Part shown: positions 21,129-31,274 of the stretch, piece by piece
Layout of the letters: each line of letters starts with the position of its first letter
Numbering within the stretch: position 1 is the stretch's first letter
Assembly (NCBI GenBank): GCA_009377745.1
Contig: WHTK01000016.1
Span: 1,328 to 65,327 of the forward strand
Direction: 5' to 3'
Length of the DNA stretch: 64,000 bases
Source of the DNA: Dehalococcoidia bacterium
Lineage (GTDB): Bacteria; Chloroflexota; Dehalococcoidia; DSTF01; WHTK01
Notes under the pieces: model-generated
The model's input: only the letters and a program-made list of their open reading frames with translations
What the model was told of the DNA's origin: nothing
The model's database searches: none
Position numbers and translations under genes: made by a program

Positions 21129-21575
21129 TCAGGCCGAAGCAGGCACGGGCGCCTGGATCAGGCCCAGTTGGCGGAAGATGTCGAGCGTGTCACAGATCTC
21201 CCATTCCTCGACGATCTTTCCGCCCTCGACGCGGCAAGCGTTCATCGTCCAGCGGATGTCGATGCTCCGGCCCGTCGGAGGTATCTCCCCGAATGGTCCT
21301 GTGTGCGTGCCCTGCATTCGGACCCTGCTGAAGACACGGTCGCCCTCGCCGAAGATATCCTCGACTGTCACCTTGAGGTCTGGAGCTGCCGTCATGTAGC
21401 GCTGAAGGTGGGCCTTGATGTTCTCCCGGCCCCGGACCTCGCCCTGCGAGTCGTAGTAGACGGCATTCTCGGCGTAGAAGCCGTCAAACGCCGAGAGGTC
21501 GCGCCTGTTCGCCGCCTCCCAGCAGCCAAGCACTACTTTCTTGTTGTCTTCAACCACAGCCTTCCTCCTATTCAT
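21129..21575 (-). CDS. SnoaL-like ester cyclase
   Basis: PDLKVTVEDIFGEGDRV...GTHTGPFGEIPPTG...GGKIVEEW. Confidence 0.88.
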   Translation of the reverse strand: MNRRKAVVEDNKKVVLGCWEAANRRDLSAFDGFYAENAVYYDSQGEVRGRENIKAHLQRYMTAAPDLKVTVEDIFGEGDRVFSRVRMQGTHTGPFGEIPPTGRSIDIRWTMNACRVEGGKIVEEWEICDTLDIFRQLGLIQAPVPASA

Positions 21576-21676
21576 TTGCCGGGACCCAGTTCCCGGTTCC
21601 TGAAGGCATTCTCAAAGCAGGAGGAAGGCGGCGCATGGGGCGATCGCCCTAATTTGGAGCAGCTTCTAGGGAAGGG

Positions 21677-23248
21677 TTAGCTGGGGATTGGTTCTGCGAT
21701 CAGCCCGTGTTGGACGGCGAAGAGCGTAGCGCCGACGCGCGTCGATACGCCGATCTTGCTGTAGATGTTCTCGAGGTGATGTCCCACAGTCTTGGGCGCG
21801 AGGAAAAGCGCTTCAGCTATCTGGCGGTTGGAAAGGCCGCGCACTGCAAGGCAAAGAACTTCCACTTCTCGTTCGCTAAGACCGGCAGGCAACGGTCGCT
21901 TATCGCGCTGAGGCTGATGTCCGGCCGCGCTGAGGAGCGCCTCGACTACGTCGCGGTCGAGCTTGCCATGATCGGCCTGTCTGCGCACCTCATCTGCTGC
22001 GAGCTCAGGTGTCATCGCCTCGCGGTGAGGACGCGGCTCGAGCTTGCTCTGGTAAGTATCCGCGGCCGCAAGGATCCGGGCGGTGAGCGGAAGCGAGGTG
22101 GCGGAGAGTCCACGATAGCCGGAACCGTCGAGCTTCTCGTGGTGTAGGCCGGCGAGCGTCCCCAAGTGGCCAAGGGAACTGGAGCGGGCGAGCACAATCT
22201 CAGTGAGCGAAGGATGCCGTTTCATGCGCTCCCACTCCTCGCCACTGAGCGGCTCTGTTTTATTCCAGAAGGAGACAGGTGCGCCCGCACGGCCCAAGTC
22301 ATGCAGCAGGCCTGCGTGTCGAAGTGCCATCGCCTCGCTCGCAGGAACTCCAAGCGCTAGGGCCGCTCGTTCGGCAAGGGAGGCGACCATAGGGGAATGG
22401 CCGACAGTGTACGGCGAACGCATATCGATAAAGTTGGCGACCTTGCAGGCGACCTCATCGAACTGAGCGAAAGAGAGGAGTCGCGGGGGAGCCGGTTCAA
22501 CACTCAGTACAGCATCCCAGGCCGACTCAGACTGGAGCCGATTGAGAAGCGCTGCCCCGACCGCGCTGAATCGCTCGGCGATGCGAGGGTCGTAGATCTT
22601 GCCGGCTCGCTTGCGCACCACTGTGAGGGCAGCGTCGGCGCCACCCAGCCGGTTGAATACCTCGACGTCTTGAGCCAGGATGAAGATCCGTGCGGCGAGG
22701 TGGATTTCCTCCCCCTTGAGCCCCAATACGGGTCCCTTGCCGTTCCAATGCTCGTCGCACTGACCCAGAGCTTCCTTAATTGCGGGGCCGAGGTCGAGCA
22801 AGCCGCCGACGTGCAGCGCAACGTCACGGCATATTGCCTGCGACTGTCTGCCCAAGGACAAGAGCTTGGTGAGGCGTCGCAAAGGGGGGTCACCGGCGCC
22901 TGCATGGCGCAGAAAGAACGCTGCGACCTTTAGCGGCTGCGATGGGTCGAGCATGGCCATCTCTTCGCGTACGGCGATTTCGTCCTTGACGAAGCCCGCG
23001 AAGGCCGAGCCATCCAGCACACAGCCGACGCTGCCGAGGAGAGCGACGTAGTAGGCATCGCTCAGGTCCCGCTGACTGAGGCCAAGCTCCTCGCCCAGCC
23101 AGACTGCCAGCAGTGTGCGCCGCAGGCTATGCTCAAGCGGCTGGCCCTCGGCCAAGTCCGTGGCGAGGGCCAGCGAGGCGATGACATCCGCCATGCGAAC
23201 GGTGGGCGCGGTGGCTTGTCTGTCCGCCATACCGGCTGTTGTTGTCAC
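21677..23248 (-). CDS. HD-GYP-like domain protein with C-terminal LuxR HTH
   Basis: GLLHDLG, HHEKLDGSGY, LSEREVEVL. Confidence 0.9.
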   Translation of the reverse strand: MTTTAGMADRQATAPTVRMADVIASLALATDLAEGQPLEHSLRRTLLAVWLGEELGLSQRDLSDAYYVALLGSVGCVLDGSAFAGFVKDEIAVREEMAMLDPSQPLKVAAFFLRHAGAGDPPLRRLTKLLSLGRQSQAICRDVALHVGGLLDLGPAIKEALGQCDEHWNGKGPVLGLKGEEIHLAARIFILAQDVEVFNRLGGADAALTVVRKRAGKIYDPRIAERFSAVGAALLNRLQSESAWDAVLSVEPAPPRLLSFAQFDEVACKVANFIDMRSPYTVGHSPMVASLAERAALALGVPASEAMALRHAGLLHDLGRAGAPVSFWNKTEPLSGEEWERMKRHPSLTEIVLARSSSLGHLGTLAGLHHEKLDGSGYRGLSATSLPLTARILAAADTYQSKLEPRPHREAMTPELAADEVRRQADHGKLDRDVVEALLSAAGHQPQRDKRPLPAGLSEREVEVLCLAVRGLSNRQIAEALFLAPKTVGHHLENIYSKIGVSTRVGATLFAVQHGLIAEPIPS

Positions 23249-23284
23249 AGCGAGATGCTACCAGAGCAGCCAAGCTCCTGTGTG

Positions 23285-23468
23285 ATTGTCTGTCAGACAA
23301 TGCAGAATTTCGCATCTGCTCTAGCTTCGAGCCAGACTCGTTGATGCTAAAATTTCATTGTCTCGGGGACAAAACCCCCGGCGACCTGCCTGAATTTCGA
23401 AAAGGCGCTTTCGCGGTGCAGGAGTGACCCCCGACATCCTTGCTTCCAAGCAGGCTGTCGCGGGTTCG
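23285..23468 (+). repeat. 184-bp direct repeat copy B, ending in a tRNA-Gly fragment cut at the T-loop
   Basis: Aligns with 19521-19704; ends CTTCCAAGCAGGCTGTCGCGGGTTCG. Confidence 0.85.
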
Positions 23469-23505
23469 TCGGTGATTTTCTTCAAGGTCTCCCAGCCTCC
23501 ACCTG

Positions 23506-23972
23506 TTACGCTAATAGCCGTCGAATTGCTTCTCTCTGTTCATCAACTGCAAACGTTACAAGCCCTCTAAGTGCCTTTTCACTGACAGACCGGGGCATCA
23601 CTGGATCACCTAGCGCCCTAACCTTGTCTTTCACATCCACAGCGAGGCTGAGAAGGGTCAGCGCTTGGGTTACGCGGGCACGGGAGACGCCTAGCTTTCG
23701 CGCGAGGTCAGCCCGTGAGCGCACCTCCCCGGCGACAATCCGTTGCTGCCATTCTTCTGCCAAGATAACGGGATTGCGCTGCTGGCGCTCAGGCTTGGCC
23801 GCCTCCTTAAGAACCAAGACCGGTGAGGCGGAGCTCCTTGTTTCGCTAAACTTAAACTCGTGTGACTGGCGCGCCCCTTGATAGGATGATCGAAGCGTCG
23901 CCAATACGCTAAGCTTCAGGGAAGTTCGGGTTTTCCCCCGGCCTGGGGGAGCCAATTTAACACATATGTTCT
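23506..23972 (-). mobile_element. Repeat module 1: HTH ORF + tRNA-Asn-like 3' end
   Basis: RNPVILAEEWQ...SRADLARKLGVSRARVTQAL; + strand CCGGCCTGGGGGAGCCA then ATTTAACACATATGTTCT. Confidence 0.75.
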
Positions 23973-24354
23973 AGACTGGTGCGATGACTCGGGACAAAGG
24001 TGATCGGTCTCCGAAGGTAGTGCAGCGGCGTGACGCGCTTGAGTAAGGACCCTCTGGAGGTCATAGAGCGCTCTCCTTGCAGAAGCTGGTGAGCGCTCCT
24101 ACCGTTCAGAATGGCTTATGATCAGCATCAGGCGAATTCCGAATGCTGTCACGTGCCTCCGACTCCAGTCGCTGCTAAGACGTAACCTGCAACGGAACCG
24201 CCCTTACATTTAGGGCCTCCCGTGTTCGCGCTTTCTACTGCCCGCAAAGTGCTTCAGGAGCGGCCGTTGGGATCCAATTCGTGCTCTGTGCAGTATTCTC
24301 AATCAGCATTCGGCGTTGGCGCCTGGCGTGAAAGGAGCTTGAGGGAGTTGCTCG

Positions 24355-24659
24355 ATGACCGAGAGGCGAATGTTCGTTGGCCCAACGAATCCGAGTGCAG
24401 AACCTATTTGTACACTTGACCGGGAAACGGCTCTAGCGCGGCAGGAACCGCCGGACAGATTTCTCGACTCAGCCTTTGATCAGAAGGCCATGGCTACAGG
24501 TATAGAGTATCGGTTTCGGCAATCGGACGACCTATGGGACAGGGCGCAGACTTTCATCAAGGAAGAGGCGTTGTGTTGCCCGTTCCTCGGTTTTGAAGTC
24601 GCAGAGCGAGACCAAACGTGGTACTAAGAATCTTTCGGCCGGAGATAAGCGTCGACTAA
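24355..24659 (+). CDS. Small protein with an ExxCCPF motif (probable frameshift near 24617)
   Basis: PICTL...EEALCCPFLGFEV; RBS GGGAG. Confidence 0.55.
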
Positions 24660-24759
24660 AGGTTCAACGGTCGGGCGGCCGTCTGGGATGAGCAGCCGGG
24701 TTACAATCCCTTGTTCTTGGAGCCCTTCCGGTCTTCTGCGCTACAATTGCCAAATCTGC

Positions 24760-24835
24760 GCGGGGGTAGCTCAGTTGGTGGAGTACGTGCCTTCCACGCC
24801 AGGCTGCCGCGAGTTCGAGTATCGTCCCCGCTCCA
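24760..24835 (+). pseudogene. Degenerate full-length tRNA-Gly(TCC)
   Basis: GCGGGGGTAGCTCAGTTGG...CTTCCAC...GTTCGAGT...CCCCGCTCCA with mismatched anticodon, T and acceptor stems; TACAAT -10 upstream. Confidence 0.7.
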
Positions 24836-24982
24836 TTTACCCAGATTTCCGAGTCGAACCACGACACCCTCCGAATAGGTATGTGTCGGTGATTGTTCAG
24901 CCAGCTTCTACCACGAGCAAGCTCTCGCGCGGTACGCCTGGTTAAATTGGTCGTCCGCTAATCGTCCGCTGCTCCAATATCA

Positions 24983-26950
24983 TCATGGTCTCAATTTGTG
25001 TTGGCCAGACGATTTTAGAGTTGGCGGTGGCAGCAACCGTGTTGAGTTAAGAATGAATGTCAACTCGGAAACAACGTGAATGAGAGCTGCCAAGAGCGGT
25101 CCGAGTAGCCCGGATGCAGCTAGCACCATTCCAGCCATATCGACAGCTAAGGTTCCGGCAAAGTTCTGCATGATTACGCCACGTGTGCGACGACTGATCC
25201 GCAGAGTGTCAACGAACTTCGAGAGGTCATTGCCAATTAGGACGACGTGCGCACTCTCGCGCGTTACGTCGGTGCCAGACCCCATCGCCACCCCAACACT
25301 AGCCTCGGCCAAAGCAGAAGCGTCATTGATGCCGTCACCGAGCATTGCGACCGTGTGCCCGCGCGCCATCAGTTCCTGGACGCGCATGCGCTTCTCATCC
25401 GGCAGCATGCCGCCGGCGAATTCGTCAATACCGAGGTGTCGGGACGTTACCTCCGCAACAGCTGGCTGGTCCCCGGTCAAGAGAACGGTTCTCAAGCCCA
25501 TGGCCTTTAGCGCGCAAACGGCTTCGACTGCTTCAGGGCGGAGTGTGTCGGCAAGCAGGATGGAGCCGAGCAGATGACCGTCCCTTGCAACGAGAACTTC
25601 CAATGCTTCGCGGGGCTCTTCTTTCTCGTCAGTTAGCCCGATTCCTCGCTCACTCAGGAAGGCGCGCGTGCCAGCGACAGACTCCCTTCCGGCGAGAAAC
25701 GCGACAACGCCTTTCCCCGGCGAGTATTCAAACGCGTCCGGCTCGGTGACCTCAACGCCTGCTGTCCGCGCGTACGCCATGATGGCGCGGCCCAGGGGAT
25801 GTTCGCTCCGGGCTTCAGCAACGGCGGCCGCCTGGACAACATCCCTAGGAGATGCTCCGTTCGCGGGGATTACGGCCTGGACTGCGGGTGTTCCGAAGGT
25901 GAGTGTGCCGGTCTTGTCCAGGACGACGGTGTCGACTGCCCACAAGGTTTCGAGGTATCTCCCGCCCTTGATGATTGAGCCTTGCCTCGCAGCACGGCCG
26001 ATGCCGCCAAGAATCGCCAAAGGCGTTCCGGCAGCGATACCGCAGGCTCCGGCAACGATCACCACGGAGATCGTCGAGTTCATGTTTCTGGTCAGCAAGA
26101 AGGTCAGCCCTGCGGCGGCGAGCGCAAAGTAGACGAGGTATCCGGATAGCCGGTCCGCGGTCCTTTGAACTGGCGCACGCGAACGTTCGGCGTGCTCTAC
26201 AGCTTCGACGATCTTGCCGAAGGTCGAGTCCCGCCCTAAGCGCTCGGCGCGCAGTTCCAGCGCTCCCGACTGATTAACCGTACCGGCAAATACCTGATCG
26301 CCGGGTCCCTTCTCAGCGGGCATGGCCTCTCCAGTGATCGTCGTCTCGTCAACATAGGAGGAGCCGCTCAGCACCGCACCGTCGACCGGTATGCCGGCGC
26401 CTGGGTTAACCAGCACGATGTCGCCAACCCTCAGCTCTCCTATAAGTACCTCCTGGGTTTCAAGACCGCGCCGCACCAGCGCAGTGCGGGGCAGGTAACG
26501 CAGTAGATCCTCAATGGCGTGGCGCCCACGCGCCACCGTTAGGTTCTCGAGCACTTCGGCGGCCAGGACGAAAGTGGCAATCACGAGTGCTACAAAGACT
26601 TGGTTGATTGCAAGCGCCGCGAGGAGCGCGATGGCCATCGACAGCTCCATCGTCATCCGGCGTTGGAGCAAGTTTTCCGCCGCCTCCTGCAGGATTGGCC
26701 AGCCACCAATGGCAACCACTAGGCCACCGCTTGCGATGAGCAGTCCCGCAGGCACATCCGCGGTGCGAGTCACTATCCAGACGGCCAGGGCGGCGACCGC
26801 AAGGCAGGCGATTCGCGTAAGGTCTACCAGGCGGACGCCGTGCTCTGCCTGGCCGGCCTCGTCAGGCTGTTCCACCGTTCGAAGTTCGGTAGCCACTGGG
26901 CCTCCCAGTTCTGTTCTGTCGATGGCGCTGTTCGTTGTTGGGCCGGTCAT
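24983..26950 (-). CDS. P1B-type heavy-metal-translocating ATPase
   Basis: TGEA, DKTGTLT, SEHPL, GDGIND; transmembrane motif GACG. Confidence 0.92.
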   Translation of the reverse strand: MTGPTTNSAIDRTELGGPVATELRTVEQPDEAGQAEHGVRLVDLTRIACLAVAALAVWIVTRTADVPAGLLIASGGLVVAIGGWPILQEAAENLLQRRMTMELSMAIALLAALAINQVFVALVIATFVLAAEVLENLTVARGRHAIEDLLRYLPRTALVRRGLETQEVLIGELRVGDIVLVNPGAGIPVDGAVLSGSSYVDETTITGEAMPAEKGPGDQVFAGTVNQSGALELRAERLGRDSTFGKIVEAVEHAERSRAPVQRTADRLSGYLVYFALAAAGLTFLLTRNMNSTISVVIVAGACGIAAGTPLAILGGIGRAARQGSIIKGGRYLETLWAVDTVVLDKTGTLTFGTPAVQAVIPANGASPRDVVQAAAVAEARSEHPLGRAIMAYARTAGVEVTEPDAFEYSPGKGVVAFLAGRESVAGTRAFLSERGIGLTDEKEEPREALEVLVARDGHLLGSILLADTLRPEAVEAVCALKAMGLRTVLLTGDQPAVAEVTSRHLGIDEFAGGMLPDEKRMRVQELMARGHTVAMLGDGINDASALAEASVGVAMGSGTDVTRESAHVVLIGNDLSKFVDTLRISRRTRGVIMQNFAGTLAVDMAGMVLAASGLLGPLLAALIHVVSELTFILNSTRLLPPPTLKSSGQHKLRP

Positions 26951-27225
26951 TTCAAGTACGCGCGAACGACATCGACGAGCTGCTCTACGGCCCGCCCATC
27001 CTCTGATTTCGGGTCAAGTGGCCGAGTAACGATAGGGTCTCGAATGAATCCTTCGAGCACTTCGAACATGAGCCCGTTCATCGCGCCCCGGGCTGAGGCG
27101 ATCAGGCGTAGGGTCTCGTCGCAGTCTGCCTCTTGGACCAGCGCGCGTTCGACCGCATCCATCTGCCCGCCGATACGTCGGACCCGGGCAATGAGCTTCT
27201 GTTTGTCCCGAATGAGATGAGCCAC
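26947..27225 (-). CDS. CsoR/RcnR/FrmR family metal-sensing repressor
   Basis: KLIARVRRIGGQ...C...ARGAMNGLM; G-tract palindrome-like site at 27247-27267. Confidence 0.88.
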   Translation of the reverse strand: MAHLIRDKQKLIARVRRIGGQMDAVERALVQEADCDETLRLIASARGAMNGLMFEVLEGFIRDPIVTRPLDPKSEDGRAVEQLVDVVRAYLK

Positions 27226-27364
27226 AACTCGCCCTCCACAGTTCGATACCTAGGGGGACTATAGTACATTCGGCGGCCCGGGCCATATGCCAAGGCTGAA
27301 TAATGGCGGAATTGGACGCAAGATGAAATCCTCGGAGCCATACTGGATTGGCCGAACATCTAGA

Positions 27365-27382
27365 ATGTTACGGCCGTAACAT
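27365..27382. promoter_or_regulatory. Palindromic operator 1 (ChrB-type)
   Basis: ATGTTACG-GC-CGTAACAT. Confidence 0.65.
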
Positions 27383-27395
27383 CTAACATCCTTGC

Positions 27396-27965
27396 ATGGG
27401 TAAGCGTGCGTGGCTCCTGTTGACCTATAAGGTTCCGCCCGAACCAGCGCGTCACCGTATCGCACTCTGGCGCCGGCTGAAGGGCCTGGGCGCCGTTTAC
27501 CTCCAGAACGGGGCCTGCCTCCTGCCGAACAGCGATGAGCACCTTCGCCGGCTGAAGATTCTTGAAAATGACATCATCGAAATGCGCGGTGAGGCCGTTC
27601 TGCTCGAGGCGGCGGGGCTGGACGCTCACCAGGAAGAACGTGTTGTCCAGCGTTTCAATGCAGAACGCGATGAGCAATACCAGGAGTTCCTCGGCCGTTG
27701 CGCCGACTTCCACGCTGAAATCCTGCGCGAGACCGAAAGCAATCACTTCTCGTATGCGGAGCTCGAAGAGAACGACGAGGACCTGAAGAAGCTGCAGGCC
27801 TGGCTACCGAAGATCCGCAAGCTTGACTTCTACGCCGCGCCGCTCGCGACGGCGGCCGAGCAGGCACTGAAGGACTGCGAAGGGGAGCTGGACACCTTTT
27901 CCCGCCTCGTCTTCGAGGCTTATGAGGAGAATCGGGCCACCGGCGAACGGACGTCTCCAGCGTGA
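27396..27965 (+). CDS. ChrB N-terminal-domain regulator
   Basis: WLLLTYKVPPEPARHRIALWRRLKGLGAVYLQNG...ELEENDEDL. Confidence 0.85.
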   Translation: MGKRAWLLLTYKVPPEPARHRIALWRRLKGLGAVYLQNGACLLPNSDEHLRRLKILENDIIEMRGEAVLLEAAGLDAHQEERVVQRFNAERDEQYQEFLGRCADFHAEILRETESNHFSYAELEENDEDLKKLQAWLPKIRKLDFYAAPLATAAEQALKDCEGELDTFSRLVFEAYEENRATGERTSPA

Positions 27966-28933
27966 TCTGGGCTCTCTGGGTCGTCGTCCTGGTAGCTGGC
28001 GTCGCGTTAATTGTCTGGGGCGCCGAAACGTTCGCGGAGCATCTCGGCAGGGCGGCTACGCGTCTCGGCGTTGGCGCCTTCGCGCTGGCACTGCTCCTGG
28101 CGGGCGCCGAGCCGGAGGAGCTCGCCACGGTGGTAACGGCATCCCTTCGCGGAGCGCCCGGTATCGCCTTTGGCGACATCATCGGCACAAACATTGCCAT
28201 GTGCACTGTCGCCCTTGGCCTCGGCGCCGTGATCGCCACTCTTCCTTTCAGTCCGCGCGTCTTCCTGTACGCGGTCGCTGCTCTGCCGGTTGGCGCATTC
28301 GGCGTTGTCCTTGTCTGGGACGGCGAGCTCTCCAGGCTGGAGGGCGCAATCCTTGTCCTGCTCTACGTCGTGTATGTCGCGGTCATCTGGAGGCTCGAGA
28401 GGGCGCCGCCTCTGCTTGGCGAAGTGGAAGAGTTGGCCGAGGCAGAGGAAGAAATGGCGGTCCGGCCGGCGGTTGCGAGCCAAAGGCGCGTCGGAATCGA
28501 GCTGGGCCTGGTGCTCGCAGGCTTGGCGGCGATGGTCGTTGGCTCCACCGCCCTGGTCGAAGCGGTCCGCCAGATCACGAGCATCGAAGCGACGCAGACC
28601 AAGCTGGGCCTGACCCTCGTCGGATTCGCAACGGCATTCGAGCTGGTGATGCTCGTCTGGTCCGCCTCCCGGCGTGGTGCGACCGACGTGGCGCTTGCGG
28701 GAGTGGTCGGCTCCTTCGGCTACAACATGACGATGAGCCTGGGCGCTGGCGCCCTGGTGAAGCCACTCGCGCTCACGGACGCGACTATTCTGCGCGCGCC
28801 CGCTGTGGGCATGATCGTCCTGCTCGTGGCAGTTCTCGCCCTCGCGCTGCCGACCAGGCGCCTCGGGCCGCTCGCCGGCCTGGGACTGCTCGCCACCTAT
28901 CCAGTCTTCGTCCTACTCGTCGTGCTGCTCTAG
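27962..28933 (+). CDS. Na+/Ca2+ exchanger (CaCA family) membrane protein
   Basis: Alpha-repeat-like AEPEEL...GDIIGTN and ATAFEL...VVGS..YN. Confidence 0.8.
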   Translation: MIWALWVVVLVAGVALIVWGAETFAEHLGRAATRLGVGAFALALLLAGAEPEELATVVTASLRGAPGIAFGDIIGTNIAMCTVALGLGAVIATLPFSPRVFLYAVAALPVGAFGVVLVWDGELSRLEGAILVLLYVVYVAVIWRLERAPPLLGEVEELAEAEEEMAVRPAVASQRRVGIELGLVLAGLAAMVVGSTALVEAVRQITSIEATQTKLGLTLVGFATAFELVMLVWSASRRGATDVALAGVVGSFGYNMTMSLGAGALVKPLALTDATILRAPAVGMIVLLVAVLALALPTRRLGPLAGLGLLATYPVFVLLVVLL

Positions 28934-28954
28934 CCTTCAGTGGCGCAGTACGAC

Positions 28955-29683
28955 CTACGGCGACCAGGGCCGAGCCGGATTCGTGAATGCGCCGCGCCCA
29001 ATGAAGGAGCCTTTACTTGCAAGCTCTTCCTCGATCTCAAGCAAGCGGTTGTACTTGGCTGTACGTTCACCCCTCGCCGGGGAACCGGACTTGATCTGCG
29101 CGGCGCCAGTAGCGACGGCGAAGTCGGCTATGAATGCGTCGTCCGTCTCGCCTGAGCGGTGGCTGATGACACAGTTCCAGTCGGCCTCGTGACTGAGATT
29201 TACTGCCTCTAACGTCTCTGTGAGCGTACCGATCTGATTCAGCTTGATGAGACTGCTGTTGCATGCCCTCAGTTCTATCGCCTTCCGAATCCTTTGCGGG
29301 TTCGTTACGAGCAGGCCATCGCCGACGATCTGGCACTGCGCGCCCAGGCGTGACGTAAGGGAACTCCAGCCCTGCCAATCGTCCTGAGCTAGGCCGTCCT
29401 CGATTGAGCAGATCGGGAATCGTCTCGACCAGTCCCACCAGAAGGCAATCATGTCGTTGGTGTCGAGGACGGAACCTTCCTTCTTGAGGCTGTAGCTGCC
29501 ATCCTCGTGCAGTTCGTCCGTGGCCGGATCAAGCGCTATCACGATGTCTTCTCCGGGCCGATAACCGGCCCGCTCGATCGCAACGAGGACTGCCTCGATC
29601 GCCGCCTCATTATTGGGCAAAGACGGTGCGAAGCCGCCTTCATCGCCGACTCCACCTCTGATGCCCCGTTCGTGCAGCAGATT
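28955..29683 (-). pseudogene. eno: Enolase C-terminal fragment
   Basis: VGDEGGFAP, SIEDG, IKLNQIGTLTE, SHRSGET, RGERTAKYNRLL; N-terminal half missing. Confidence 0.85.
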
Positions 29684-29895
29684 ACTCGGCTGGGGCTGCC
29701 AGTTCCCTATGACCCAAACCTGCTCATCGAAGCCGTGCGCGATCTCGTGAACCTTGGCATGGCATGGGTAGAAGAGGAAGGACCGGAGCGGAAGATTTAC
29801 CACGGCCCGGATCGACCCATACCCAACGGTCTGCCGGTCGAACGATTGGCGGCTTTAACACGCGTTAATTGAGAACGATGCGGTGGTCCATGCGC

Positions 29896-30423
29896 TCAAC
29901 CTTCGAGAGATGCCCTCTCCTCAAATTGGGCGAGCGCCTTCTCACAGTCCTTCAGGCAGTCTTCAACCTGCTGGCGTTCCGGGACGCCCAGCACGTCCCT
30001 TGCAACGACCTGGGATAACCAACGACGGCGCTTTTCGAGGTCTTCCTCCAGCTCTTCCACTTGCACGAACCTGAAGTCTCCCGCCTCGGTCACGCGCTTG
30101 ACGTGATCGAGAAATCGTTGACAGATCTGGAGCAGGTCGACGTACTCCTCGCGTCGCACGCCGTTAAACGCGGTGCGCAGTTCCTCCTCCTGACCAGCAG
30201 GCAGATCCCCGACATAAAAAGCATTCGCCTTGCCGCCTAGCGTTTTGATTTCATCGACAAGCTTCTCGACCGAGGGCGTCAGCGAGGGCAGGTGCGGAAG
30301 TAACCAGACACCAGACTCGATGTGTACGGCGCCCAGCTTTCGCAGGTGCCGCCAAACCAGCACTCGTTTCCGCGAGGGCCCGGCAGGAAGGCTATAAGAG
30401 AGGAGGAGCCAATGGCTATCCAA
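29896..30423 (-). CDS. ChrB N-terminal-domain regulator (paralogue)
   Basis: WLLLSYSLPAGPSRKRVLVWRHLRKLGAV...EELEEDL. Confidence 0.85.
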   Translation of the reverse strand: MDSHWLLLSYSLPAGPSRKRVLVWRHLRKLGAVHIESGVWLLPHLPSLTPSVEKLVDEIKTLGGKANAFYVGDLPAGQEEELRTAFNGVRREEYVDLLQICQRFLDHVKRVTEAGDFRFVQVEELEEDLEKRRRWLSQVVARDVLGVPERQQVEDCLKDCEKALAQFEERASLEG

Positions 30424-30428
30424 TAGAC

Positions 30429-30484
30429 TTGACCTCTTTCGCGCCCCTGACTAACATGCAGGCGAGATGTAATACCTATTACAT
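30429..30484 (+). promoter_or_regulatory. Sigma70 promoter plus palindromic operator 2
   Basis: TTGACC-N17-TAACAT; ATGTAATA-CC-TATTACAT at 30467-30484. Confidence 0.7.
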
Positions 30485-30512
30485 TTTAACCGGACCAGGA
30501 GCGCCAGGTGGC

Positions 30513-31274
30513 ATGAAAGACATTCTATTAGTCGCAGCGTCTTTTTTGGCCTGCAGCGTGGAGATGGTCGAGGCAATGACCATCGTCCTGGCGGTTGGCG
30601 TCACCCGCGGCTGGAAGGCGGCACTGGCCGGAGTCGGCGCCGGCTTTCTAGCGTTAGGCGTAGTCGTCGCCGCGCTCGGTCCAACACTCGTAAATGTGGT
30701 CCCTTTGGATGTCCTCCAGATCGTGGTCGGCACGCTTCTGCTGATATTTGGCATGCAGTGGCTCCGGAAGGCAATCCAGCGCGCCGCCGGCGTGAGGGCA
30801 AAGCACAACGAAGACCAGATCTTTCGTGACGAAGTATCCGAGCTCGAAGGCGAAGCATCGGTCGCCACGGCCGGCCTCGATTGGACGGGCTTCGTCGTCT
30901 CATTCAAGGGCGTATTCCTGGAGGGGCTCGAGGTGGCATTCATCGTCCTTACGTTTGGAGCCAACGAAGGTAGCTTTACGCTCAGCGCAATCGGCGCACT
31001 GGTTGCCTTTGTGGTGTTCACGAGTCTCGGTCTGGTGCTTCATCGCCCTCTCAGCCGCGTGCCCGAGAACTCAATCAAGTTCACGGTCGGGATCATGCTC
31101 GTCGCCTTCGGTACTTTCTGGGGCGGTGAGGGCATCGGCGTCGATTGGAAACTTGGAGACGTGACAATTCTCGTTGCCGTTGCTATCTACAGCGCGGTCG
31201 CCTTCCTACTGGTTGAAGCCATGAAACGGCGCTATAGAGCGCGTCTGGAGCCGAATCTGGAGGTGGCCCGGTGA
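30513..31274 (+). CDS. COG4280-like membrane transporter (FTR1/GDT1-like)
   Basis: Duplicated VEMVEA / LEGLEV motifs in TM helices. Confidence 0.75.
   Translation: MKDILLVAASFLACSVEMVEAMTIVLAVGVTRGWKAALAGVGAGFLALGVVVAALGPTLVNVVPLDVLQIVVGTLLLIFGMQWLRKAIQRAAGVRAKHNEDQIFRDEVSELEGEASVATAGLDWTGFVVSFKGVFLEGLEVAFIVLTFGANEGSFTLSAIGALVAFVVFTSLGLVLHRPLSRVPENSIKFTVGIMLVAFGTFWGGEGIGVDWKLGDVTILVAVAIYSAVAFLLVEAMKRRYRARLEPNLEVAR

Noticed and set aside
24760..24835. Functional tRNA-Gly
   Set aside because: Mismatches in the anticodon and T stems and a shortened acceptor strand; treated as a pseudogene.
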